In this document: positions 26,434 through 39,186 of the stretch, piece by piece
Position numbering within the stretch: position 1 is the stretch's first letter
Layout of the letters: every line of letters starts with the position of its first letter
NCBI GenBank assembly: GCA_051294905.1
Contig: CM119371.1
Coordinates: 808,001-872,000, forward strand
Length of the DNA: 64,000 nucleotides
Source of the DNA: Botryllus schlosseri
Lineage: Eukaryota
Reading direction: 5' to 3'
Position numbers and translations under genes: made by a program
Notes under the pieces: model-generated
Databases searched by the model: none
What the model saw: the letters and a program-made list of their open reading frames with translations, nothing else
What the model was told of the DNA's origin: nothing

Positions 26434-26922
26434 AGTGATTGGGCAGCACCAATTGTTGCCGTCACTAAATCAAATGGATCAGTACGCATTTGTGGTGACT
26501 TCAAAGCATTGAATCAACAAGTTCAGATAGATCAACATCCCCTGCCCTCCTTAGATGAAATTCTTCACAAGTTACAGGGTGGTTGTATTTTCACGAAAAT
26601 TGATCTTGCCGATGCTTATTTTCAGCTAGAATTAGATGATGATGCGAAGAATTTGTGTGTCATCAACACTCAATTCGGTCTATTCCGTTATCGACGCATG
26701 TGTTTCGGAGTCGCATCAGTCCCGCAAATTTTCAACGCTGTGTTGATGCCATGATCGCCGGCTTACCCGGTGTTGCTAGTTTTATCGATGACATAATCGT
26801 TACTGGCATTGATGAACGCGATCATTTTCGCAACTTATCGCTACTCTTTGAGCGCCTCACCGAGTACGGTTTCACCGTCAACTTCGCGAAATGTCAATTT
26901 TTCAAAAGTAGTATCGAGTACC
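26434..26922 (+). pseudogene. pol: reverse transcriptase core (frameshifted)
   Basis: WAAPIVAV, VRICGDFKALN, KIDLADAYFQ, GLFRYRRMCFGV, FQRCVD, FIDDIIVTG, KCQFF. Confidence 0.95.
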
Positions 26923-28222
26923 CAGAGGTGGTCAGTAACGAAGTACTTCTACTTTTTCGAAGTACTCAAGTAGTTTTCCTCTACTTCTGGTACTTACTTA
27001 AGTAGATCAAATTTTCGCTACTTCTACTTCTACTTCTTAATATTTTGTGATCTACTTACTTACTTTTCGCTATTTTCAGTTTGTCAAGTAGAAGTAGTTC
27101 AATCTTCCAATCAGGAAGACAGCCCGAGGAATTTGGAGCTGTTTTCACGTAGTATGAACATTCAATTTTCATAAAAGTTTAGTAAAGCACAGAATTTCGT
27201 CGCGCTTCGCACGCAGTGGATACGGAGTGACCAGTATGATTTCACGAAAGTATCGGTGAATACAATTTAGGTGGAAGGTAGGCGTGGTTCCGTTCACACC
27301 ACATTGTCGCCCGTCACCCATATGAAATAATTCATCACAGTATATATGGCTCATCATAACGTTTGAAACTGATGTTTCGCAATCTAGCATTTTCTTGTCA
27401 TATCGTATAATCTAGCATATATGTCCATGGCGTGTCCTAATCTGGAAGAGTGTACTTTGACTTTTTCTTAGTTTTAGAGCTGTTTTAGCATACCACCTTT
27501 GAAACTTTCTGGACTAAAAACATGACATACATATTCTTTTTTTAGAAGTAGTATTGATATTTCACTTTCAATTCCCAGTATCATATAGGCCTATTTGAGA
27601 TATAATTAATATCACTTCTTTTGTCCGAATAACATACATGTTGGAGTATAAAAGCAAGTGCAGTAATGCCTTTAATTTATGGAAATAAAGCTACACAATA
27701 TGGCATTTTTATGGTCCACCATATTTTTCATTAACGTTTACTAATCGCGCAAAGTATTTACACCGTATCCTATACAACTTCTCCATATTGCTCTTCGACT
27801 AAACTACGGGTCTTATAATATGGGGGATGGTGCCATACCCTGCTATTTTCCAAAACGTGTTGTTTGAGAAAACAGAGGATTATTATCGCATTTCCTTATC
27901 AATACTATCATTTTCATCCCATGATGTGGACGAATGCTTATGCTATCGAAAATTGGATACCTGTTGGTATGCATCAATATGAATCAAGCTCGTCACCTAT
28001 CACATAGCTCAATTTGCAGCTTTTTATAATCCATCCAATCAGGATCGTTTTCACAACTACTTACTTACTTGAGTACTTTTAGAGTCAGTCAATTCTACTT
28101 TTACTTCAAGTAGTTTTAGGTTGCTCATGAAAGAAGTACTTCTACTTGTACTTGAGTAGATTTTTTCGTCGCTACTTCTACTTCTACTTGAGTAGCTTTC
28201 TTGACTACTTTGACCACCTCTG
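26923..28222. mobile_element. Non-autonomous hAT element with CTACTT/AAGTAG subterminal repeats
   Basis: CAGAGGTGGTCA...TGACCACCTCTG; perfect TSD CGAGTACC. Removal restores SSIEYLGHII. Confidence 0.92.
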
Positions 28223-28990
28223 CGAGTACCTGGGTCATATAATCGACAAGGACGGCAAACGCACATCTAACAAATCCGTTGAAGCAATCAAACAGTTGCC
28301 CAAACCTTAGGATGTTCGCCAGCTACAGGCATTCCTGGGCAAACTCAATTATTATCGCGCGTTTATTCCTAATTTCACGAATAAAGCCGCTGCCTTGTAC
28401 CGTCTTCTTCAAAAAGACGCGGAATTCATTTGGAATACGGACTGTGACGCAGCTTTTCGCATTCTCAAAAACGACATAGTCGACGCTACGCAGTTAGCTC
28501 ATTATGATGTAAACAAGCAGCTCATTTTGTCAACTGATGCTTCTCAATTCGGAATCGGCGCTGTCCTCTCAATCGAGCACAATGGCGAAGAGAGACCGAT
28601 CGCGCACGCATCGAAAACGCTTTCCGATTCGCAAAAAGCCTACTATCAAATCGAGAAGGAAGCTCTGTCAATCATTTACGGAGTCACTAGATTTCGTCAA
28701 TTCTTGTATGGTAGAAAATTTACGCTCGTAACGGAGTACAAACAGCTTCTAGCTATTTTCTCGCCGCACAAGAAAATTCCAGTGATTACAGCGCAACGCT
28801 TACAGCGATGGGCACTAACGCTTATGGCTTACCAATACGATATTCGCGGAGATCGTTCACGCTATTAATATGGCATTCGATGCTTACCGTTAACTCGCAA
28901 TGAAATTCGCGACGCGACGCTGAAGGAAAAAACCATGAAACTAGTTAAATTATCTGTCACTCATGGTAATTGGAATCCAAAGGTGCACAT
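28223..28990 (+). pseudogene. pol: RT thumb, RNase H and linker
   Basis: YLGHIIDK, LSTDASQFGIGAVL, IEKEALSIIYGV, LYGRKFTLVT, RLQRWALTL. Confidence 0.93.
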
Positions 28991-30686
28991 TAGGGTTATG
29001 ACTAGAAAAAAAATTTCAAAATTTTATGTGGCCTGTAGTCACAAATGATGAGCTTTTGTGTCCTGATTTCAAAACTCTCAAAAGTTAAGACTGTTTGAAC
29101 AAAAACCTACCGCACAAAAAATTTCCAGTTTTCACTGTATGGAGGATAGGCTTTCTTTTGTAGATACAGACTATATCATTTATTTATCTACTGATTATTA
29201 ATTCCGATTTTAGATGTAGACTGTATATATCGTATAATTTCAATTTGTCTGGCAAAAATCAAACTGGGTGTTCGAAAAAGCGAAAGTAGAACAACTCTAG
29301 GTATTTTCAGCGGTCTAGAAAACCGCTTAGAAGAATATGATGTACAGGAAAATTTGAAAAACTCATATATCATATGTGACACCGTAGCATCTGTTGATAC
29401 TGGACGGCAGAATGGCGTTGTTTCGAAACTGCGAAATGCAATGATGAGCATGGGTTTTCATATCCCTTGCCAACATCATATTATCGATTCTTAAAGCATA
29501 TATTAGAGTTCTTCGATCCAACGTCTTGAAGAAATCAAACTCTCAGCTACAAATTTGGAGATGATGTGGTAAAACACTACGGAAACTAGGTGCAATCCAC
29601 CAAGCACGAATTTCAGATGAAAATATTAGAAAACCAAGGATGTAAGGATGATTTTAAGTTTATCTATGGCATGTGCAGAACATGCCGTTCTTTCAAATAA
29701 AATAGTATAGATTACCACTGATCAAATGGCATAAACTTCCATCTCTACGCAATGCGAGAGGGTGCTCAAGAGTTGCGTTGCGTACTTCCACTTCCCCAGA
29801 TAGAGAATAACTCTGGATATGCTTATTTATCGCGAATGCGTGTCAGGAAGACTGGTATTCTAACCAGATGTCTAAAGATGGAATATACTATAGAGCCCGA
29901 CCGATTATCGGTTCGTCGATAATATCGAGACGATATCACACTTTGAAAGAATTATCGGTATTCGGCCATTGGATTAAATTAACGGCAGTTTGCGTGTGAC
30001 GTCACAACATGGCGGAAAGAAGCCAGAAAACTATAATCTTTGATCGCTAGACTGAGAATATTGATATATTTCATATAGCTTACACTTTACAGGTGTCCAG
30101 ATGCAGCCTTTCTAGTGCATTTCATGTTCAAGTGTAACAATAGCTGTAAAGATGTTCAATTCAAATAAATGCCCTCTGAAGATTTGCTTATGTATACATC
30201 CAACTTCTTTTGAATATCGGCTGAATGTATTGGGGTTATCGGCTAAGGTGTGAGATATTGGTTTTATCGGTATCGACCCAAAAATCCAATATCGGTCGGG
30301 CTCTAGAATATATCAAAGATTATTTGCTGCTATCTTTGCGGTCGAATGTCCTGCAGCGATAAAGTGCCCCAAAACCCCATTGAAAGTCGGATATGTCCGT
30401 CGTAGATGTCCCTGGCTTTAACATAATAACAGAAAGGGAAGTCAAATTGATGAATGAACTTTACAATAAGTGTAAAAGGACATATATTTGAAGATCAAAT
30501 TTGTAGCAAAGAATATCTTTGAATTTTAAATTTTTTCCATATTTAGGCCAGTGTCGAAAATTGATCTTAGTTTGTGCGGGACATTTTTTTCGATTTGAAC
30601 AAAATGATTATAATTTTTCTTAATTTATACCAAAACGTTCATCAATTCCTGCTACAGGCAATTTTTTTTTTTTAGTCATAACCCTA
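28991..30686. mobile_element. TAGGGTTATGACTA element, copy 2 (inverted relative to copy 1)
   Basis: Same TIR; TSD GTGCACAT/CTGCACAT. Reverse complement of 24374-26194 lacking about 120 bp. Confidence 0.9.
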
Positions 30687-31860
30687 CTGCACATTGATGA
30701 TTTTTCTTGGTTTTCGACTCGCAAACACTCGCTTTCTCTGCACGAAGGCATAGTCATGCTCAATATTGATTGTTTTCAGCACGTAGTAATACCGCAGTCA
30801 CTTCGCTCGCGAGTCTTATCATTGTTGCACGAATGACATTGGGGTATCGCAAAAATGAAGCAGATGGCGCGACGTTACATCGCATGGCCTTCCATTAATC
30901 GCGACATTGAAAATCTCGTTAAGAGTTGCGACGCTTGCCGTAAGGTAATGAAAGCGCCTGATCGTCATTATCGCGAATGGCCTAAAACTTCTGAAAGCTT
31001 TGATGAACGAATTCACTTGGATTTCGCAGGTCCAATAAACAATAAAATGTTTCTTGTCATCGTCGATGCGCATTCGAAATATCCTTTCGTTAAAGTAATG
31101 AATGTCGGTTCTACCACAACCTTGTGTGTGGTCAACGCTTTGAGGGAAGTCTTCTCTATTGAAGGCTTGCCCGTAACAATTGTCACGGATGGCGGACCGC
31201 AATTCACGTCGAATGAATTCGATACGTTTTGCTCTAATTTGGCAATCAGCCATATCGTATCACCGTCTTTTCACCCTGCCTCGAACGGGGAAGCGGAGCG
31301 TTTCGTTCAGACTTTAAAAGCTGGATTGATAAAAAATTGCGACGGGGGAAAAGATCTCAACTTCGCGCTCCAAACACTTCTCGCTACATACCGATCTGCA
31401 CCGCACCCGGGCATAGACTGGAAAACGCCTGCCGAGATTTTACATGGTCGACAGCCGCGTAATTTGTTAGTTTGTGCTCACCCTTCGACAAATCGAAACC
31501 CGTTACGCCTGGACAATCAGTCACTCATTTCGAGATTGGTTCCTCGGTTTACGCTCGCAGTTACCGAAGCGGACCAAAGTGGGTTCCTGGCGTGGTGACG
31601 GAAATACTGGGGCGTGTTGTTTACATCGTAAAAACAGATCATGGGTATTGGAGAAGGCACAAAAACCAACTCCAACCACGCTTGATTTCTGCTGGCAATG
31701 ATACATCCACACAGGAAGTTGCTCAGCCTCAATAGTCCCAAGCGGAGCAATCATTGGCCAGGAATAGGGCACAACGTCATGCAGCTAGTCCTGCTCGTAC
31801 GTCGGGTAGACGTTACCCCGTTAGAAATAGAAAACAAACAGATTTCTATCGGCCAACGTG
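30687..31860 (+). pseudogene. pol: integrase (HHCC, DDE core, C-terminal region)
   Basis: LHE*HWG...MKQMARRYIAWP...CDAC, RIHLDFAGP, IVTDGGPQFTS, HPASNGEAERFV; frameshifted tail KWVPGVV...WRRHKNQL. Confidence 0.93.
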
Positions 31861-31895
31861 AATCTCCTTGTACCCTTTAACTTACATGGGAGGAC

Positions 31896-32142
31896 TGTTA
31901 TGCTCGTGTATTTACGTTGGTATCGTTTGACTCTATCTTGTATAGGACTAGTAATTAGCGCCAATCATTATTTCCTCGTGTGCCTTGCGTTGCATTTATA
32001 CCCTGTGTTCTGTTGTCTCGTGGTCTTTCATTTAACTGCACTCTGGATCGTGTCGCCTACCTAAAGTTATTCTGCTGTACAATATACTGATTTCTTATTG
32101 CAACCTCGTCGCATTGAGTTATTGTTCAAACGTGATCTAGAA
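31896..32142 (+). repeat. 3' LTR (last 7 bp displaced to 35094-35100 by an insertion)
   Basis: Direct repeat of the 5' LTR, preceded by purine-rich GGGAGGA. Terminal CATAACA follows the second ATCTAGAA TSD. Confidence 0.93.
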
Positions 32143-32575
32143 CAGTGGTTCCCAACCTTTTTCGGTGGCAGGGCCAAATTTAGAATTTCAGAGTACGGCC
32201 GGGGCCGCACGAATACCAAGGCAATGAAAGGAACCCAAAATAGTCACCAAAATATGAAAATTGGCATTGTTCCAATCATTCGCTTGACGCCATTGGCCAT
32301 TGTGTTGCCGCGCTCCCGTTGTTCAGAACAATCAACCTTTGCTGGCTATTTCGCAGTAGTTTTATTGCCCGGGCGAGATGTCAATTCGTATTTTTGGAAT
32401 CAGTGCGACACTTGCTTTCGATAAACACCGACATATCAAATTATTCAGACCCTAGGGTCGCGAGCTATAGGACTACAAGTTATGCTGCTTTTTGCCGGCT
32501 AAGCAGTACGCATCTCGGCGTATTCAATCGTGAGTCACTTGTTGCACATCTATCTGTAAATTAGTTATCAATACC

Positions 32576-34822
32576 AAGGGCCGTAACAGCACTTCGTCAG
32601 CCCCCCCCCAAAAAAAAACGTTTCTCTTGGGGGCCCCCATAGGGTGATAAACAGAACTTCGAAGCCCCTAAACCTCCTCAGGCTAGATGGCTGTTTACCA
32701 CCTTTTCTCATCTAAATCGGGTGTCCGTTTTAGGCAGCTTCTCTCGACTAATCACGCGAAGCGCGAAAAATTTATAAAATTAACCCTTACGAGGTGGGCG
32801 TATCATATTTGATATGGCATGTCTCCGACATCGATTTCTCCATGTTGACACGCCCTAGACATCGGGTTATACGTTTTTTGAAAAGCTGAGACTTTTCCGA
32901 TGTATTTGGTACCTTACTCAAAAATTTTGGTTTGTAAAAATAAACAAAAAATTAAAAATAAAATAAAATATGGTTATCACCTACAACTTCCGGGTATTTT
33001 CCGAGTGGGAAATATTGTCGGAAAATCTGCCAGAACATCAGAAGTCAACATGTACGGTTTTCTGTGTAAACTTTCACCGTTTCAAACATCAAAACGTTTT
33101 CTGGAAAGTTTTCTGAGGGGGATTTGTAAATTTTGGTCACACTTCAGTGATTTTCAAGATCTAGGTCAAGTTCAAGTGCAAATGCAGTCGGCATATGAGT
33201 CATACTATGCCTGCAAATGGTTGGATATGACAAAAGAAAGCATATCGCGTTGTTTTATGCCATAAACCGGACTGTAGGGGCCGATTGAGTCTTGATCATG
33301 AACTTGACCTTGATGACCACTCACTGACCACGCCCATTTGTAAATTTTATATGTATTTTCCATTTTTCGATATCTGACGAACCGCGCGGTTTACAACCAT
33401 GGTTGACGGCTTGTTTGAAACCAGGCAACAGTGGCTACGCACTGAAGCATCACATTCCTCTCTCTGACGCCATCCTGAGGGTGAGCCTTGAAAATTGAGA
33501 GAGAGAGAGAGATTTTTTTGGGGAAAAGCTTGTTTATTTAAACTTATTACAAAACCTCAGACATGTCATGGGGTGTCGATCAAGGGTGGAATCGGTAGAG
33601 GGCTATACTCCGCCCACTTGTAAACCGGAACGGCCCAGATTCAAGACCTGGTGGGGTCACGGTGAGAATTTGAAAATTGAAGGTCAATTCTGCAAAATAT
33701 GGCCCCACCTCGTAAGGGTTAATGATTGAATCGGTCATATAGTCAGGAATTGCATATATATTGGTATCAATTTTTATCCTCTCTCTGCTCACGTAATCAG
33801 ATTGACCGGTTGAGCCGAGTGAGTTGTGTTTGAGAAGGTAGGAAGACTCAATAATAATTAAACATCTTCGGGCGTACACCTGTTGGCAGGAACGAAACAG
33901 CACTTCGTCAGGCCCCCCAAAACAGTTAGGTCTTGAGCTCCCATAGGGTGATAAACCGACCCGCCGTGCCGTTGTTCGCTTCTCTCACGAAATCAGGATC
34001 CCCATTTAGTGAGCCAGCGTGGAGCACGAAAATTTTCGATAATTCAAAATAAAATAGGTCAATAAGATCGGCAATTGCATATATATTGCTATCAATTACT
34101 TGTCCTCTCTGCTCACGTAATCGGATTTACCGATAGAGCTGAGTGAGGTGTTTTGGAAACTGTAGGGCCCGTAAATAATAATTAAACATATTCGGACGGC
34201 GAACACGTTGGTACGACTTCGTTACATAATGTTATTTTTTATTTCGTGATCTCCAGTCTGCTATATCAAGAAATATAGAATCGCCCAAACATACTAAACT
34301 AAAAGATGCACACGATTTCAAATTGGTAGTTCTTCACTGGCATATAATTTTTCGCTGCGGGATGGTAGCCTATTTGTCTCGTGACGTTCAGATTGCCAAC
34401 ACAGGAACATTCGGCGCCAGTCATTTAGGCGCCTATGGTCAATTATACCTATATGTATTTTGAATATACATAACGAAGTTTTCGTTCAGCGTAAGGGTTT
34501 TCTCGCTGCCGATCGTTCTTGGAGTCGCATGTTACATGACTTAAAACTTTATATGTCCTCGTTCGTCGTGGTGCGGTAATGGCCAACGGCGATATGCCTA
34601 CTTCTATAAATCTTGGCGTATTTTATCTTTGTCGAAGAGTACCGAATAATTAAGGTACTTGGAAACTTGAAATCGCGCGCCGCGCGAAAAATCTTTGTAA
34701 AAGTTGCATAAAATTTCAAAAAAATACTCTATAATTTATGCTAATTCAATAAATAATTTTAGGCCCTCTTCGAGCTCGCTCCCCCCAATTGGAGGGCTTG
34801 GGATGCGGCAGTTACGGTCCTG
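32576..34822. mobile_element. CAGG(G/A)CCGTAAC-family non-autonomous element
   Basis: AAGGGCCGTAAC...GTTACGGTCCTG; perfect TSD TCAATACC. Related fragments at ~4300-5530, 9535-11870, 36340-37050 and 43820-44360. Confidence 0.82.
32784..33718. mobile_element. piggyBac-like non-autonomous element, copy 2
   Basis: TTAA TSD and CCCTTACGAGGTGGG TIR; reverse complement of 12549-13457. Confidence 0.9.
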
Positions 34823-35409
34823 TCAATACCTCTATCTATAGGTACTGCCCGTACAACTGGAAAGTTAGGGCACATTGCATTGAAACAGCAGTGACGTAAC
34901 CTTAGCAGTCTACTCACAACGTTACTGCAACCCTAATTGAAAACTCCTGACTCCAAGCCAAGCAAGAGTATTTTACAAATATAATTTTTTTTTCATAAAT
35001 CGATTTCTCAATATTTTTGTGGGGGCCGCAAGAAGGCTAGCTGAGGGCCGCATGCGGCCCGCAGGGCCGCGGTTGGGAATCATGGATCTAGAACATAACA
35101 GAAAAGGCAATCTAAAAGTATGTGCAATTCGTTTTACATGAATTATATTATAATATGTATTAAACATCGTCCCGTAGCCCAACCAAAAACTCCGGGATTT
35201 GACATGTTTTGTGGAATGTTAATTTGCTCTGAATAGGCTACTCATTAAGGATATGTCCAACTACCACATAATCTACTGCGAAGCCATTTTCCTTCGGCGC
35301 CCTGCATATCGCCCCCCCCCCCAAGCCCTGAGCCCAGCGCTCCTTAAGCGTTTCCGCCCTCTTCAAAATCACCAGCGCCCCTTGGCGCCAAAACACTTTG
35401 GTAACCACC

Positions 35410-35410
<1 letters not shown>

Positions 35411-35442
<32 letters not shown>
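35411..35442. repeat. (TA)n microsatellite
   Basis: About 16 TA units. Confidence 0.95.
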
Positions 35443-35443
<1 letters not shown>

Positions 35444-38400
35444 CCAATACATATTGATAATATCAATCACACGAATAGCAGTAACCAAGGATATTCTTAC
35501 CCGTAGCTACGGCTGACGACGATGAAGGCACATCACTGATACCAGAATCTTCACATCGACGCCTTTTCGCCATTATAGGCCAACTATCACTAAATATTAA
35601 ATAGCTCCTGTATGAAACAATTACCTAAAATGCAAGAACAGTAGTTACGCTTTTACAAGAACTTCATATGCATAAAATGTGGAGACTCAAGTCGGCAACT
35701 GCAAACGGACACAAATTTACCAGTCCCGTTATCCATGTGAAATTCGAACACCGTTCAGGAACAGCAAACAATTTTTTATATGTTCATGTCATTTACATGG
35801 AGTCCAACTCCAACCTAGCAATCAGTAACCGTCAACAACTAAGCTTCTTGTTCAGGATTAATATTCCAGTAAAATTTATTAATCCCGCTCTACAACCCAT
35901 GCCAAAACTAATAAAATACTGGAACTGAACTTCAAAACCTATTATTCTTAGTGAACAGTTCTAGATCTGAAACTGTTTCAATTTGAACGGGTATGGGATC
36001 CATGACTCGCAACATGTCATTCGATCCTCTTTTGACTCTAAATAGCACTTTAACAGCTTTATCTGCACTCCCGTCGCTTCGTCTGAATACTAATTACTGA
36101 TCTAGATTGGTATCGTCTATATACCAGTAGTTCCCAACCTTTTTCGACTCATCGCCCCATTTTGAAGCTCTATACCGATCATCGCACCCCAAATATTGGG
36201 AACCGAAAAATGGGTAGACAAACTGGGATCACCGGCGAGTTGACTAATAACAAAAAGGTCAACTTTTCAGTTCGACCTCTAAATTAAACTTTTACAGCAA
36301 AATTCTCGTGAGAGTCATTTCTCCAGCTTGACTCCAATCAAGACCGTATGAGCACTTCGTCAGCCCCCCAAACGTTGGTCTTGGGCCCCATATTGTTATA
36401 AACCAACCCCCAGAACCCCTTCAGCCAGTAGGCTTATTATCGCTACATATCAGCTATACCCTATTTCATGTACTGTTTGGTGAGTCACCGTATTTCGCCT
36501 AAAAGCGCGAAGCGCGACAAATTTATATAATTCATGGTTTGAATCGGTCAATATGGTCGGGACTTGCATATATATTGCTATCAATTTTTTATCCTCTCTC
36601 TGCTAACGTAATCAGATTTACCGGTAGAGCTGAGTGTGGTGTGTTGGAAAAGGTAGGACCCCTAAAACGTACCAGACTAAAGGACGCACATGATTTCAAA
36701 TTGGTATTTCTTAACTGGCAAATAATTTTTCTCTGCGGGATGGCATTTGTCCGGTAGGGTTCAGATCGCCAGGACAGGAATATTCGACGCCAGTCATTGA
36801 GGCGCCTATGGACAATTAAACATATATGTATATATATCGCAGTTTTCGGTCAGCATAAGGGCATTCTTTTTCGGTAAATAAGGTCTTCTCGCTGCTGATT
36901 GTTCTGGCATACTTCTCGGAGTCGCATGTTACATGACCTATAATTTCATATGTCTTGGTGCGTTATGGCGCAGTAATGGCTGACGCCGAAGTATCCATTG
37001 CCATAAATCATGCGGATTTTTGTTGGGGGAAGCGTACCCCAAAATCAAGATATATGACAATATTAAATCGCGGTCCTGGCTCCATATAGCCGTTTTAACG
37101 TGCCATTGCCCCCCTATCGCCCCTTTCATTGTTTTCGCCCCCTATCTCCCCTTCGTCCGTTTTCGCCCCCCTAGCGCCCCTTCGTTATTTTCGCCCCCTA
37201 GACCGCCAAATCGCCCTCTGGGGGCGATATCACCCACGTTGGGAACCACTGGTCATTACAAACTAAAGAGTCATTCGTCAGATCGGTAAAAGCTTAATAA
37301 AAAGAGATCATATATTATATTTTGAATCTCACAATGGCCAACAGTGTTGAGCTGATGATAAATTGTTGGTATGCTGCATACACACAATAATTGCATAATT
37401 GCAAGGTGCGCGTGGAAAACCTTGCGTATACTATAGGCCTACACATGTAGCCTTCTGCACCTATGAGTCTTGACCCATTCTTTAAGAATCCCTGTGGTAG
37501 CGGTACCTGTATAGGTAGCCTACATAACACAACGACAAGAAGCTGTGCGGTTAACAAGTTCAATGGTTGTCCGTGTCCCCGAGACACTGTGCTATCCTTC
37601 AATTTGTCCATAGACCTAGTAAGAGGTAAAGCTGATCGATTGTCCATACGCGCACAGCACACTCGTGGAATATTAGAGGTAACATTGATCATGAGTATCA
37701 TTGATGCTCTCGGGAGTGGTCTCTGGATGCGAAAAACTAAGTCCGGTTTATGCACAATGCGCAACGCATATGGCTGGCAATAATAAACCCAATTTCAGCA
37801 TCATCTCCCCAGAAAATAAAACAGCGGCAAAAGAAAATCCACAGAATCAGGGCAGTGAACATAAAATAAAAAATCAAGTTGATTTAAATACGCCAGATTT
37901 GAACCAGAAACCTTCCTCTGAATCGGTTTTAGTGTGACTTCGCAGATATTAGTTTATTTTCCTTGGGCTGAAATCTAGGGTCAGTATGCTCATAGTACGC
38001 CGAACCAGTTACAAAAATGTTAATACAGGGGTGGGCAAACTCCGGGCCGCATTCGGAAAAATCGCGTATGTGTTAAGTAGAATCGCTTTCTGCATGTGCA
38101 AAAGTCTTCATAAGTATAAGATTGGCGGGAGCGTATTTGAAGCTAACATGGTTACAACGCTGTCAGCATCCTGTGTCCTGGAGTTGAACCAAAAGTAGAA
38201 GCAGCAAATCTAATAACAAATAACTGCTCACAGATTCTAATCTCTGTCCTGTTCTAAGAATCGGGACAACTGACTAGCCTATCATCCCTAATTTTGAAAA
38301 TTGACCAGCTTATGAAATCAACTGCGCATAATTTATCATGAAATCAATGGTTGGTTGGTTTTAAATAAACATACCCTTCGACTTGGACTTAGTCCCAAGG

Positions 38401-38482
38401 AGAGCCAAATATGATCCGTGATACAGCGGTTTACTGATTCTCACTAATGTAAATAAGATACTTCGGGAAGTATTTCTGGAAA

Positions 38483-38697
38483 TATATATCAGACCACATT
38501 TGCCAAGGAAAATGCATGGTAGTAGTGGAAGTATATGAGTAACATAAACACTTTAGTATGGTAAGAATTGTCGGTAAAAGAACTGGAAATAGCCTATATA
38601 TCAGACCACATTTGCCAAGGAAAATGTTTGGTAGTAGTGGAAGTATATGAGTAACATAAACACTTTAGTATGGTAAGAATTGTCGGTAAAAAAACTG
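38483..38697. repeat. Tandem duplication, 112-bp period
   Basis: TATATATCAGACCACATTTGCCAAGG...TGTCGGTAAAA occurs twice with few mismatches. Confidence 0.9.
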
Positions 38698-39186
38698 CTT
38701 GGATAACCCAAAAAAGTCGAAATACTTCATTGCTGGCCTTATTTGGTCAGACCTGATATCTGCGTACTATTGATATTCTGGCATGCTTCGGTGATGATAT
38801 GTGCCTATAAGAAAGAGCCCAAGAATAATTCAGAGCTCCTATCTGCTCAATCTTGGGGGCCGGGTATTCTTCGGAACTGATTTTGCGCGGTGAAAGCTGT
38901 TATATAGGGTCCATTCGGGGACAGACGTGCATCCGAGTGGACATATGTGCACGAAAAACAGTGCCTGCGATGCCTCAGACCATGCGTTAGATTGGCGCAC
39001 CAATTGTATCCGGACATCGACCGGAGCTGATATGTGCACTTCTTCTAAATAGCCCTGACATGACACGCACTCGACATCGTCATACTGAATGGACTCAGCT
39101 CAGACATACTTTGAACGTGATATCTCCGCGCTATCCCCCTTGCAAACTATGCGCGATCCGAGATAACCTTTAAATGACATCTATAC

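Larger units (their letters stand above)
32143..35085. mobile_element. hAT element inserted into the end of the 3' LTR
   Basis: CAGTGGTTCCCAACC...GGTTGGGAATCATGG; perfect TSD ATCTAGAA. Confidence 0.88.
17636..35100 (+). mobile_element. Ty3/Gypsy LTR retrotransposon, Mag-like, heavily interrupted
   Basis: Two 254-bp LTRs, PBS, purine-rich tract, and gag-zinc knuckles-PR-RT-RH-IN in Gypsy order. About 4.6 kb after removing four TSD-flanked insertions. Confidence 0.95.

Noticed and set aside
26776..26800. RT catalytic motif FIDD instead of YxDD as a novel RT type
   Set aside because: A single TAT>TTT change in a frameshifted dead copy explains it.
32900..33265. 121-aa ORF in the piggyBac-like element as a transposase
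   Set aside because: No DDD transposase motifs, and it differs by an indel from the other copy.
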